A stretch of DNA of 58,169 bases, the filler included, from Catajapyx aquilonaris (taxonomy: Eukaryota): NCBI GenBank assembly GCA_000934665.2. It is 4 parts of 4 records of this genome, joined end to end, with 100 filler letters (N's around TTAATTAATTAA, not from the genome) between each part and the next. Parts side by side here need not be neighbours in the genome. Positions count along the whole stretch, not along the records: positions 1 to 14,394 come from JYFJ02007793.1; positions 14,495 to 28,871 come from KZ539735.1; 2 more parts are not named here. One strand, given 5' to 3'. This document shows, one piece after another, positions 11,966 to 22,549 of this stretch. The first letter of the stretch is position 1. The number at the start of each line of letters is the position of its first letter. Made by a program: the position numbers and the translations under genes. The notes under the pieces were generated by a model that worked only from the letters and a program-made list of their open reading frames with translations, was not told where the DNA came from and did not search any database.

Positions 11966-12699
11966 CAAGTGTGTTTATATTCAGTACCGGTATGCATACT
12001 ATTTCTGTACAAAGACTGAGCTACGCCTCTTCCCAAACTGTCCACAATTTGAATGTACTATCGGCTCGGAAATGATGCGGACACTTGTCAATGTCCGTAC
12101 CATTTCCTTGCCGATAGTACCTCTCGTGTGACAGTTGCTCATTCCCGGTAAACTCTCTTATTAACTACTGGTCATGATTTTTTGGCCTGGCTTGCTTACA
12201 GACACTGTCTTACAGCCTGGCCCACAATTATCAGACATTGAGAACAAAACACTTGCAAGGAATCTTCTTGACAGACAACACTTGCATTGCACACCTCTCA
12301 TTCATGTGAGCACAAAAGCAGAGTCAGTGAGGATATGGATGGGTAAAGGAGTCATACAGGATACAGGATACAGGATGCTGGGGACAGCATATTCCGGAGA
12401 TTATAATATATGGACGGTGTTATGCAACAAGGAACCAACCCTGATTTTTTCAAAATTTCCATATTGTGCATTGCTGACTGGCTAACAGCTTCACACGTGT
12501 CCTGCAATAAAGAACCAAGCCTCCCTGCATGTTGCTGCCCCCTAGAGGGGCATGAACCATGCCACACCACTGTGGTTGACTATAACGCGTACTGAAACAA
12601 GGAACCAACACACATTCAACATACCGGCAGTATGGGCTTGGTTCCTTTTTGCAGATCGTAGACCGTTTGACCTATATGAACATAATATTAGAGACATAC

Positions 12700-12931
12700 T
12701 TTATAATTGATATTAAGGAGGTTGGCCCAGCATTGCCTTTCAACCTCCAAGGATAGGGAAGGAAGGAAGCGGCTGTGGCCTATTATACGGAAGCAACCCC
12801 GGAATTATCCTAGAAAGACCGTGGAAAACCACAGAAAACCACGGTCAGGGTTGCCGGCCCCGGGATTCGAGCCCAGGACCTCCCGATTAGCAGTCGGACA
12901 CCCTATCCACTATGCCAACCTGCTTCGGTCG
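12700..12931 (-). mobile_element. tRNA-derived SINE (family B), copy 1
   Basis: Head with tggcatagtgg / ggctcgaatcc and arm ccgactgctaatcgg; body gtggttttctgtggtttt...ggccacagccgcttccttcc; TSD tagagacatac. Confidence 0.9.
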
Positions 12932-13069
12932 TAGAGACATACAGTAAAACTTCTATAAAGTCTGCTTCACAAATTCGGCGGAAGGCTGAGCGGGCGGCAA
13001 GAGTGCCTTTGGGGGCGTGGTTTGGGGCGCGGAACTGAGCGGTGGCAATCGCACAAGTCCACCTGGATC

Positions 13070-13600
13070 AACGAGATGGAATAGGATAGAGGCCGTAAAG
13101 GTCACGTGATCTTTGGCGGCCATGCCACTTCACGGCAAGAACACGCGCGCATTTGAAATTGTCGCATTTCTAACCCTGTTCTCCTCTGTCTACACTCCTG
13201 CCTCCTGGCGGGGCTGGGAATAAATAGCAGTCTGGTGAAAGCAACGAGGTATAAAATAGGGTTAGAGGCCGTAAAGGTCCGCCATCTTTGATGCAATTGA
13301 GCGGCCATGTCACTTCACGGAATAACACGCGTGAGGTGGTAAACTCATGGCTGGTTTTCCCTCTGGCCGCATGGCGCTACTGTCTACTTCTGTATACCAC
13401 CAATGCTCTTTTGCAGTGAAGTGGCATGGCCGCCAATTGCATCAAAGATGGCGGACCTTTACGGCCTCTAGCCCTATTCATACCTCATTGCTTTCACCAG
13501 ACTGCCTTTTCTTCCTAGTCCCGCCAGGAGGCAGGAAAGGAGAACAGGGTTAGAAATACTACAATTTCAAAGTTCTTGCCGTGAAGTGTCATGGCCGCCC
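13070..13600. mobile_element. Palindromic (fold-back) MITE; related palindrome at ~34245-34605
   Basis: 13115-13320 mirrored by 13415-13600; shared motif ccgccatctttgat...gcggccatg. Confidence 0.7.
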
Positions 13601-13619
13601 GATGGCCGTATGGCACGCC

Positions 13620-13980
13620 AAATGGACATTTATTCCACTAGGTCGCTCAACTTTCGTTTTCGTGGCCCCTTAGGTTGATATCAACCTAAGCCAAAACGAA
13701 AGTTGAGCAACCTAAGAAATTAGCTTGATATCAACCTAGCTTAGGTTGATATCAACCTAAGCCAAAACGAAAGTTGAGCAACCTAAGAAATTAGCTTGAT
13801 ATCAACCTAGCTTAGGTTGATATCAACCTAGCTTAGGTTGATATCAACCTAAGCTTAGGTTGATATCAAGCTAAGGGGCCACGAAAACGAAAGTTGAGCG
13901 ACCGAAGGGGACACGAAAACGAAACTTGAGCAACCTAAGAGTGCAATGTCCTCTTAGGTTGATATCAACCTAAGAGTGCA
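13620..13980. repeat. Array of eight TTGATATCAA palindromes inside a larger inverted repeat
   Basis: taggttgatatcaaccta repeated; exact 71-bp tandem duplication 13670-13811; flanks ggtcgctcaactttcgttttcgtggcccct / aggggccacgaaaacgaaagttgagcgacc. Confidence 0.9.
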
Positions 13981-14099
13981 TTTGGCTGCGTTCAGAACTT
14001 CTGCCTCTCCAGAGGAGAGCGGGCCGGGGTTGTGGGGGGAGGTGGCGGCGGGAAAGGTTCGCTAAAACCTGGTGGGTGCAGCTGGTGAAAAGGTAGGGG

Positions 14100-14230
14100 T
14101 AAAGGGCGGGACATGGGCGCCACATATTAGTGACTGAGAGACACATGACCTTGAGAGAGAGACAGGCGGCCTGAGCCCCGCCCTCCCTCGCTCCGATTGG
14201 TTCTGCCTCTGCCGCGCTTTTAAAAACCAC
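14100..14230 (+). promoter_or_regulatory. Possible Pol II promoter (GC boxes, inverted CCAAT, TATA-like)
   Basis: gggcgg ~14104, ccccgccc 14176-14183, attgg 14196-14200, ttttaaaaa 14218-14226; motif spacing only. Confidence 0.3.
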
Positions 14231-14394
14231 TCTGCTGGCAGGCATAGGCCTTCTTCACGGGTGCATTCATGCTAATTATCCTGCATTTTTTTCATGATCA
14301 TGCCGATATTGACGAATTGATGCCGGTATTGTCATTATGGCATTTCTTACGGATTTTGAAACTGGTTTTCTCTTTGTAACTTCCTGATTTCCAC

Positions 14395-14494
14395 NNNNNN
14401 NNNNNNNNNNNNNNNNNNNNNNNNNNNNNNNNNNNNNNTTAATTAATTAANNNNNNNNNNNNNNNNNNNNNNNNNNNNNNNNNNNNNNNNNNNN
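14395..14494. other. Assembly gap linker N-TTAATTAATTAA-N (also 28872-28971 and 43679-43778)
   Basis: Identical 100-bp construct three times; TTAATTAATTAA gives stops in all six frames. Confidence 0.95.
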
Positions 14495-14629
14495 GCACCT
14501 AATAATGCAGAGTTTAAAAAGCGGCAAAATCAGGTCAAGGACAAGCCTAGGTGCTATAGGTGCTCTAGTTACGATCATTTATTGCCTCAGTCACTAAACA
14601 ACTACCTGTGGCTAGATTAGCCTAGAACC

Positions 14630-14836
14630 CTAGATAGTGCTTACTTTTGTGAGGGAGACTCCAAATGAGACCGCTGCCAAGAGGACCAAAGCTCCTCCTC
14701 CGAAGACGAAATACCTTCCCATTTTCTTGTCGTGTTCCAGGTAATGACTGGAAAAGTGCGCTATTAGCGCCCCCGATGCAATAAGTACGATGCCACAAAA
14801 GAGGAGCAGAAATGCCAGGGGGAGATACAGTTCCAT
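14630..14836 (-). CDS. Small two-transmembrane protein, paralog 1 (68 aa; possibly truncated by a frameshift)
   Basis: MELYLPLAFLLLFCGIVLIASGALIAH...GRYFVFGGGALVLLAAVSFGVSLTKVSTI; aligns to 21854-22132; aaaATGG context; CCAAT at ~14994. Confidence 0.55.
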   Translation of the reverse strand: MELYLPLAFLLLFCGIVLIASGALIAHFSSHYLEHDKKMGRYFVFGGGALVLLAAVSFGVSLTKVSTI

Positions 14837-15035
14837 TTTAGTCTGTACGTAGCCTACTACTTGGCACAGCAAATGTTGACCAGGCCCGGTACACTCTATG
14901 GTTTGGAGACGCTTGGGTCTGTCCTCTTCCAAGTCCAACAGTGATATGTGTGGGCAGAAGGTGATGGCGCGTCATCACCTTCTGCGTGCTTCTTATTGGC
15001 CAGCCGCGCAAACTTTATGGGAATGAATGAAAGAT

Positions 15036-15307
15036 CCCAGGTAGCACAAAAAGTTGGGCCAATATTGGACGAATGTTGGCCCAATATCTTGAATCTTGGG
15101 CAATATTGGCCGATCTAGCCAGTCTGAAGCCAATATTGGGCCGATATTGGCATCAGATCTATTGCCATTCAAACTCCCCAAGTACCACAAAATGTCGGCC
15201 CGACGTAGGAACCAATATCGGTCCGATGTTGCGTGAAGGTCGGCAAATGTCGGCCGATCTTGGCCAATCTTGGCCAATCTTGGCCGAATGTAGGGAGCCT
15301 ACCTGGG
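15036..15307. mobile_element. CCCAG-ended MITE (CACTA/EnSpm-like) built of ccaatattgg/ccgat repeats; partial relative at ~16930-17215
   Basis: cccaggtag ... ctacctggg termini; many short palindromic internal repeats. Confidence 0.7.
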
Positions 15308-15637
15308 AGGCTGCGACCTATCTCCGTGCTAACCGTTCCTGCGAAGGCAGATAATAACGTAGCAGCTTTATGCTTGACGTCACGAGTTGAGGCTGGTGTG
15401 TAGTCAGAGGCGTAATGGCGGGCGAGTGGAACTAGAGTGGAACTGCACGGTGATCTCGTCTGCTCCTTCTCCGCCCTCGATCTACTAACAGGCCTACAGC
15501 AGCCCTCGCCGCTGCCCCTAGCTGGCTCTCATGCACAGCTGGTGAGTAAAAGGTTCCGGCCTGAACTGCACGTTTTCGAAAGGCGATGGTTGTAATCTGG
15601 CAGCCCGCTAGGGCTAGCTATAGTTGTTGTTGCATAA

Positions 15638-15971
15638 AGGCGGTTTCACACGAGCAGTTGCAGCCGCAGTTGGACTCCACCCGCCAATGAGCGCGATGCG
15701 GCAGCTGTCGCAGTCTCACCGCACGAAAGTTGGACGGGCCGGTCTTTTGGAATCTTGCAACTGCAACTGCGGCTAGGAGCGGATGGCCAATCGGCCAGAA
15801 TGGCAGGACCTTGCCGGCGGGCTGACTGGGGGGGCTGACTGGACAAGTGGCAGCAGCAACTCCGTAAGTGGAACACCCGTGTGAAACCCGACTTCTCGCT
15901 GATTGGCGGGACCTTGGGACGACTCCAATACAACTCCAACTGCGGCTGCAACTGCCCGTGTGAAGCCGCCT
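15638..15971. mobile_element. PIF/Harbinger-type MITE
   Basis: ~38-bp TIR aggcgg.ttcacacg.gcagttgcagccgcagttgga; TAA TSD. Confidence 0.85.
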
Positions 15972-16399
15972 TAATGCCGGCCTTTTTTCTTTCTTTTCCC
16001 CTCTACCCCTCCCTAATTTGCTTCGTGCTTGCATTTCTGCAATTATTGTTGCAATATAATATTTGCATATTCAACTTCATTGAAATGTTTCATGATCATT
16101 TTCAAGCGACACATTTATAAATGTTAATTGTATTAGGGTTGGTTTTTAATCCAGGGTTTCACTTAACAGGTTCATTCAAAACCAGCGTAAGGACGGCAGG
16201 CGTGATGATGGAAGGATTGGAAGCATCAAAATGATAACGGCGCAGCGGAGACTTATCAGGACAAGACAATGCTGAAGTGACTGTGTTGGCCGGTGTTGGG
16301 ATTGCTGGAGGAGTGAAAGTTTGGTGCCAAAGTTTGATATGATGTGGGAGATCTCTGCATCCAGATGAGGATCGCTCCCCTTTTAATTCCGGGATGGAA

Positions 16400-16929
16400 T
16401 TTGCCATGACGAATCGCGATCACTATTTTTTTCAGAGCATGAATCCTGATTCGCCTGTCACGCCAGAGTCAGTGGATATAGTGTTTCACAGAGTTCCAGT
16501 GCTTGGTGATTTTTATGACTATCCCTGCAAATCATCCTCTACATTTCAGTGTATAAAATTGGAAAATGTCACAATGCCCACTTGTAAAAAATGCCCACTT
16601 GTAAACTGTCACAGATAGGTCATCAGTGCTTGGCTATGGAAGAAAGATATGTTGTCGTACTGAAGCATCAAACATTTTAATGTATGTGATTCCAATCACT
16701 CTTATCACTCGCCCTCAAAATTTGCACACTTTATTCAGAATAACCCTGTATAGCAGAAATGTAACTGTGGCATTCCGGTGGTTATGCCTCCTTTTCCCTG
16801 TCATCGAAGGTTTTGGATATGTACATAGTGTTATGAGGTCCCATTGGGAGATTAAAAAATGTTCGGAGATTTCCTTAAAACAATTTTTATTACAGTCTGT
16901 TAACGTACCTGTATAGATTGACTGGCGAC
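16400..16929 (-). pseudogene. Decayed coding relic (candidate viral L fragment)
   Basis: FLISQWDLITLCTYPK...TVTFLLYRVILNKVCKF*G...ITYIKMFDASVRQHIFL aligns with the 22827-23123 ORF (FKNSQ...LFRIIITK...RIFQSELWQHILL). Confidence 0.5.
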
Positions 16930-17215
16930 ACTGGCCAAATATTGGCATAACGGATGAGTCAATATATCGGTCCAATGTCGCCAGCAGATATTGGACCGAC
17001 ATGAAGCAGTGCACATTTTACCTCCCCAATCGCCAATCGCCAATATCGGTACAATATTGGGCGACGATATTGGGCCGATATTGTCACCCAATATTGGGCC
17101 AACGGAGGCAAAAGGTTAACACTTTTAGGTTGGTCCAATATCGTCACCCAATATTGTACCGATATTGGCTCAGCCGTTCTACCTATATTGGGCCGATATT
17201 TCTGTGCTGCCTGGG

Positions 17216-18250
17216 ATGTGTGATGCACAGCTTAGAAATGTCAAAAGGCACATCCGACGAGGCTTCTACGCGCAGTTTTTTTCAAGCACAGCAATGCAGA
17301 GGAATTCAGTGTGGTATGCAAAATAATGTGTCCAAAGTTCGGACTGGATTTCTTCCGTACGTGGGTCAAGAGCAGTGCAGCTGGCGCAGAATGGGGCTGA
17401 TAAGCCTCGGTAATAATAATGCAGATGCAAGCAAATAGCTCAACCATGTACGACGTGTTGTTGACTTGCAGGCGTCCGGCAGAAGCGATTTTGTCCCGAC
17501 TGATTTGACCTGAGAACACAGCATCATTGTCAACGAGGCATGTTGTGAATCCTTGAACCAGTTGGTCCAGTTCAAATGATGTTTGCATGTTATTGTTTTT
17601 TTTAAGTTGGGGGNGGTGGGGGGGGGCTTCTCGCTCGCAAACTAAGGGCCGGTTTCACCGAGCTTGGTATATGATAAAACCAGGTTTCTTTAGGAAAATC
17701 CATACAAATAGATAGGGTTTTTGCTAAAGAACCCTGGTTTTATCATATACGGAGCTCGGTGAAACCGGCCCTAAGGATACACCGGAATACTGCATGTCTA
17801 TTGATATTCCCATTAGTTAAGTTAGGACTGATATCATCTTTCTTGGCATTGTTACGACGCGGGGCCTTTGGAAAGTATTTGCACTTTTTTTTGGCCACAA
17901 ATACAGACCATATGCAGGTCGGCAGATAGGCACACATTATTATCGATAGAACCTTCCTGGAGCAGAATGCACTGGTGTCTGGTGTCATGGTGTGCAAACC
18001 TCTCCAGGCCCTCCAGGAACCACTTTTCGGTGGTTCGGTGCCCCCACTCCCGGACAACTGTTTGCAGTCAACAATGTCCTCCTCGAAATGATGTCGGCGA
18101 AGGGACCCGGACCCCCCCCCCCCCCCTGCTCCTGTGAGAATTACGACTTCTCTCAGAATACTTACATGGACTGCATGGACACGCAAATCAAAAAGTGTCT
18201 GTTTCGGCGAGATTTTCTCATGTACGAGTACGACTCCTATATTAAGTAAT
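17216..18250 (-). pseudogene. Decayed coding relic (candidate viral L fragment) interrupted by a Harbinger MITE
   Basis: NWFKDSQHASLTM..VKSVGTK..LPDACKSTT / MVELF..IIITEAYQPHSA; clear DNA homology to 22740-23240 with third-position differences. Confidence 0.55.
17646..17771. mobile_element. PIF/Harbinger-type palindromic MITE
   Basis: gggccggtttcaccgagct TIR, near-complete hairpin, TAA TSD. Confidence 0.9.
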
Positions 18251-18297
18251 TGTGTTTTTGCTACAGTGCCTGTGGATTAATCTTCTGTACATTAACA

Positions 18298-18629
18298 CAC
18301 TGGTTCCCAAACTGTGGTATGCGTACCACTGGTGGTACTTCAAGCCATGCCAAGTGGTACTCGTGTGGTCTGCGCTGTCTTTGGGGTTGTCGATCAAAAT
18401 CGCGCATATGACATTGCAGTCGTTTTACCTGTTTATACACCTCGCGTTTTTTTAAACGATTCTTTAATTTGTTTTAAGTTATATCACTTTAACGTCATAA
18501 TTATAGTGATTATAGTGACTTTTTCTTCAAAAAAACATGGGCGTAAATTAACGATTCATTGACAGTGGTACTTCAATTTACTGGTCCTCGCGGAGTGGTA
18601 CTTGTTCAAAAAAAGTTTGTGAACCGCTG
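18298..18629. mobile_element. hAT MITE
   Basis: cactggttcccaaact / agtttgtgaaccgctg; 8-bp TSD cattaaca. Confidence 0.9.
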
Positions 18630-18639
18630 CATTAACATA

Positions 18640-21260
18640 CGACAGGCATAGCCAGGCATGTGATAAAATTGCCCACAAGAAAATTTACAGATAGTCCGTG
18701 ATAGGCTGCTGCACTCGTAGGAGATCCTCTTCCTGTTTTAATTCGCTTGCTATTCAGATGATGGATTTTGATTGTGGGAGGAACCTGGAGAATCGCGAGA
18801 AACCATTGTGAACATAAAGAAAAACCCGTCAAAACTATTTCCCAATGGAATATCCTATGCTCGGCTCGGAGATCGACCTCGGTACCTCAGGGATGGAAGC
18901 CATGGAAAGAACCACTATACCCCACACAAGAAAAATTATTAGTATCGAGAAATTATTATCGTCATTTTTGAAACGTGTCTGCATTTTTCACGACGCCATA
19001 GAGACACGTCTCATAATGTCCCATTGGCAGCATAAGACATCTATGGCAGTGGTTCGTACCTCCGCACCCCTTTTATTTGAAGATAGTTGGTCCTTGTCGC
19101 ACCCCCTATGATTGATAAGTTCATAGTTAGACTAAGTCCAGAGGTGCACCTTGCTCGCACCCCCTGGCCTATGGTGTAATTAATAATTATATTTTCCTTT
19201 TTCTTCTGGGACACCCACATGTTTGATATCACCTGTCGTGTCCGGTATCGACAGGTTTGTTAATAAAATAAAAAAAAAACTGCAATGGCCAATTGGCCAT
19301 GACATCATGTTTCGACTTATTTTCTGAATCAACTTATGTGCGATTCACATTATAGCTGTCATATTTCTCCACTAAAAGTTGGTCATTATCAAAACCAGGT
19401 TATCTTCTTCTGGTCGAACACTTCAAAAAACAGGAATTTCAGATTTAGTGAGTAATTATTTCACGGCCCAGGTGACCTTGCCCAATGGAAGGTGGACCCA
19501 AGATGAAAATGTACCATAGGCTCTACAATGAAAATAGGAATTTAGCGTTGAGTTGATGCCTGTAACAAAAAATTAGCACACATTATAGACGAAGAAGCCA
19601 AATTCCGAATAGTTATTGAGAAATAAACGTAACGACCTTGCAAGTGCTTGGAATGCAGCTTCTTATTCTCTGTTTCTCTTTGGGAGACAATGAGTTGTCC
19701 TACCAGAGACTCGTCGTAACTGACACTCAGTCATACTGTACATTTTGGCCCGGGTTACTTATTGTCTACTTTACTTATGTACTCTGCGTTATTGTGCCCG
19801 GCTAAAAACGGAATGAAGGTTTGTTGACTTGTTTGTTGACGTTCTGATGTTTCAGATCATCAACTTGGTCACACTAGGGCCTGGCATTATTATGCTGCGA
19901 AAATCTCCTTCGTTGTGTAATTTATGCAGGTCATTAACCCTTTGATGCCTACGGACATCATATGATGTCCGAGCTTACATTGCTGGATGGCCTACGGACA
20001 TCATATGATGTCCTGAGATTTGCCCTGCCAACTTGGGTCATTTTTCAACTCAAAAAATTCCAACCTCACCGATTTTCTTGAAATTCGGTACATTGGTAGC
20101 CCACCCCAAGGGATGAAAGACGCACCCATAGTGACCTGATCAAAATGACCTCGTGACCCAATTTTTGAGGGGGGCAGAGGTCAAATAATAAAATTTCGAC
20201 CTCGCCGATTTTCTTGAAATTCGGTGCATTGGTAGCCCACACCAAGGGATGAAAAACGCACTATAGTTACCTGATCAAAATGACCTCGTAATCCAATTTA
20301 TTAACTTATTAATTTATAATTACATTATTGTATTGTTGCATAATTGTAACATTGTCATCTTTACATTATTGTATTATTATATGGTAGCATTTATTGCTTT
20401 TGTTCCTATATGCGTCGAGCCAGTAACTATAGCAACTGAGGGGTACACCTTCGTATATAGGTAGTCCAGGGGTAATCACGGTAGTCCGAGGGGTAATCGG
20501 GGGGTAGTATGAGAGTAGTCCGGGGGTAATCCGAGTAATCCAAGGGGTAATCCGAGGGTAGTCCGGCGGTAATCCGATTTGACCTCTGCCCCCTTCAAAA
20601 ATGGTTCACAGGGTAATTTTGATCAGGTAACTATAGGTGCATTTTTCTTCCCTTGGAGTGGGCTACCAATGCACCGAATTTGAAGAAAATCGGTGAGGTC
20701 ATAAAATTTCCGGAAAAGGGGGGGAAAAACTCAGGCCCTGGGGAAATGCAATCCCTCAAAAACTCCGTCATGAAAGGGTTAAATGCTGTTCATAACGGCT
20801 GATCTGTCCACACGCCATGATTTCTCGCCATTGAATGGTGGAGCAGATCTTATATTTCCGTCACATCGTATAGATGCACTTGTTAAGTAAAGATGTATGG
20901 TATGCCAGAAACAAAGCTTAGAAGTGACACATGTCTCGGGTTTCATTGAAGGTCATTCGGGCACTTTTTTTAACGCCATAATGATGCCGTAATGAGTAAT
21001 GAGAATACACTATTGTCAAAGTTCGGAATTTACCATTTTGGTGCATGTCAAGGCCAGTGCACCCGGTGCATTACAAAGAAGCTTTGTTTCTAAAAATCCA
21101 CATTAAATCAAAGAATTGCGTCTGTGCATGTCATTGACTTGCAGGCGCCCTCGAGATCTGACACTGAGAACACAACAGCAGATTTGTTTACAAGTCCCAC
21201 TGTGAACAAATGATTTTATCCATTCAAAAGCACGCTTCCTGAAGTTGTGAAATTCCTACA
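18640..21260 (-). pseudogene. Longest candidate viral L relic, split by piggyBac-like and hAT MITEs
   Basis: In - order: block homologous to the 17.3/23 kb relics (21260-20783), NKST (DKS-like), RETENK..FQALARSLRLFLNN (premotif A/F-like, ~19680-19610), LVLIMTNF (motif A-like, ~19380), CVGYSGSFHGFHP (motif B-like, 18891-18930); spacing compatible with an RdRp. Confidence 0.5.
19938..20778. mobile_element. piggyBac-like non-autonomous element
   Basis: TTAA|ccctttgatg ... catgaaaggg|TTAA; two ggacatcatatgatgtcc palindromes; ~130-bp internal unit present twice direct and once inverted. Confidence 0.85.
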
Positions 21261-21853
21261 AGATTGCAAGATTGCAAGGAAACAGAGAGGTCACATATGA
21301 ATAAACTGGGATTTACACGGTAAATTTTTGTTCAATTATAAATATACGATATTTAATTTTCTTGGCAGTACAATAACAATCTTAGCATCCACGATCCCTC
21401 TCAATGATACAGGCGATCAATTCATATCAAATTCATATGGAATGTTCTAATCATAACACTTGCATATCTGTAAAAATAGTAGGCCTAGCTTGTATAGGGT
21501 GGGCTTCTTTCGCCGGTCCTCTTGGTCCCCACAATCATATGGTCCTCTGGATAAATAAGCCCCGCCATCTCCGGTCCAATATGCGGCGACCCTAAACCTC
21601 GTCCTCAACGTCTGTCAGGGAAGAAGGAGGAGTCAAATCGTTTGTGTAGACTACCCGAATAATTTTATTCTGCCGAACTCCTTTGCTTGACGATTGTTCA
21701 GGTATGCTCCTAACTTGCGGCTGTGACAAAGACAAGAAGCTCAATCACTTTCCATCCGGATAAAGTCGCACTAGTCCCTGTCATCCGTGCACACGACCCA
21801 CACCCAGATGGGACACCCCATAACTGACTTTCATACATTCAGCACCCGAGCAT

Positions 21854-22132
21854 TCAAGTCCAGACTGTGCACTCCTCCTCCCCCTCGGCTACGAAACAAC
21901 TACCTGTGGCTAGATTAGCATAGAATAAGATAGTACTTACTATGAGGGAGACTCCAAAAGCGACCCCTCCCATGAGGATCAAACCTCCTCCGACGAAGAC
22001 GCAATACACTCCAATATTCTTCTCATGGTCCACGTAATGACGAGGAATGTTGTGCTGTATTACCGCCGCGGCCCCAAAAAGTATGATGCCGCCAAAGAAG
22101 AGAACTGATGCTAGTTGGCCCGACAATCCCAT
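21854..22132 (-). CDS. Small two-transmembrane protein, paralog 2 (92 aa)
   Basis: MGLSGQLASVLFFGGIILFGAAAVIQH...HY..HEK.IGVYCVFVGGGLILMGGVAFGVSLIVSTI; ataATGG context; CCAAT at ~22273. Confidence 0.6.
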   Translation of the reverse strand: MGLSGQLASVLFFGGIILFGAAAVIQHNIPRHYVDHEKNIGVYCVFVGGGLILMGGVAFGVSLIVSTILFYANLATGSCFVAEGEEECTVWT

Positions 22133-22549
22133 TATAGCCTGTTTTGTATGGTACGGCAAGTCTCTGGAAGCCCCTGGATCTGTCCCGTTCTGAGTCAATC
22201 AGAAAAGTGTGGGCAGGCTACCCCCCTCCCCCCCCTCCCCCCTCGTGGTGTATACACCTTCTTGCCGCCTCTTATTGGCCAATGAATGCAGAACAAATCA
22301 TAGTGAAGGCGGGCTTCATTCAAAGGATCATTATTTTTTCTTTAAGGCTGCCAAGGCTAGCATATACTGTGTTTGGAGGAATCTATGTATGATCGGGGAA
22401 AGGTTACCATATATGAATGGAAAGAAAACTACGGAATGAATATTGTGTATTTTAAAAACTAGTTTTATTTGACATGCATATTCATGATGATGATGAATAT
22501 TCTGTAGGTTACCAGCAGGTAGACCTACAACGTCCAATTTCTAGCTCGT

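Noticed and set aside
12845..12931. tRNA-Ser(GCT)-like sequences (also ~46400-46487, ~51970-52061) and other tRNA-like heads
   Set aside because: They are SINE heads with body, tail and TSD, and lack a proper acceptor stem
13670..13972. CRISPR-like repeat-spacer appearance
   Set aside because: Spacers are themselves repeated, no cas genes, eukaryotic context
14395..14494. TTAATTAATTAA motif in the middle of N runs (three times)
   Set aside because: Identical artificial scaffolding linker, not biology
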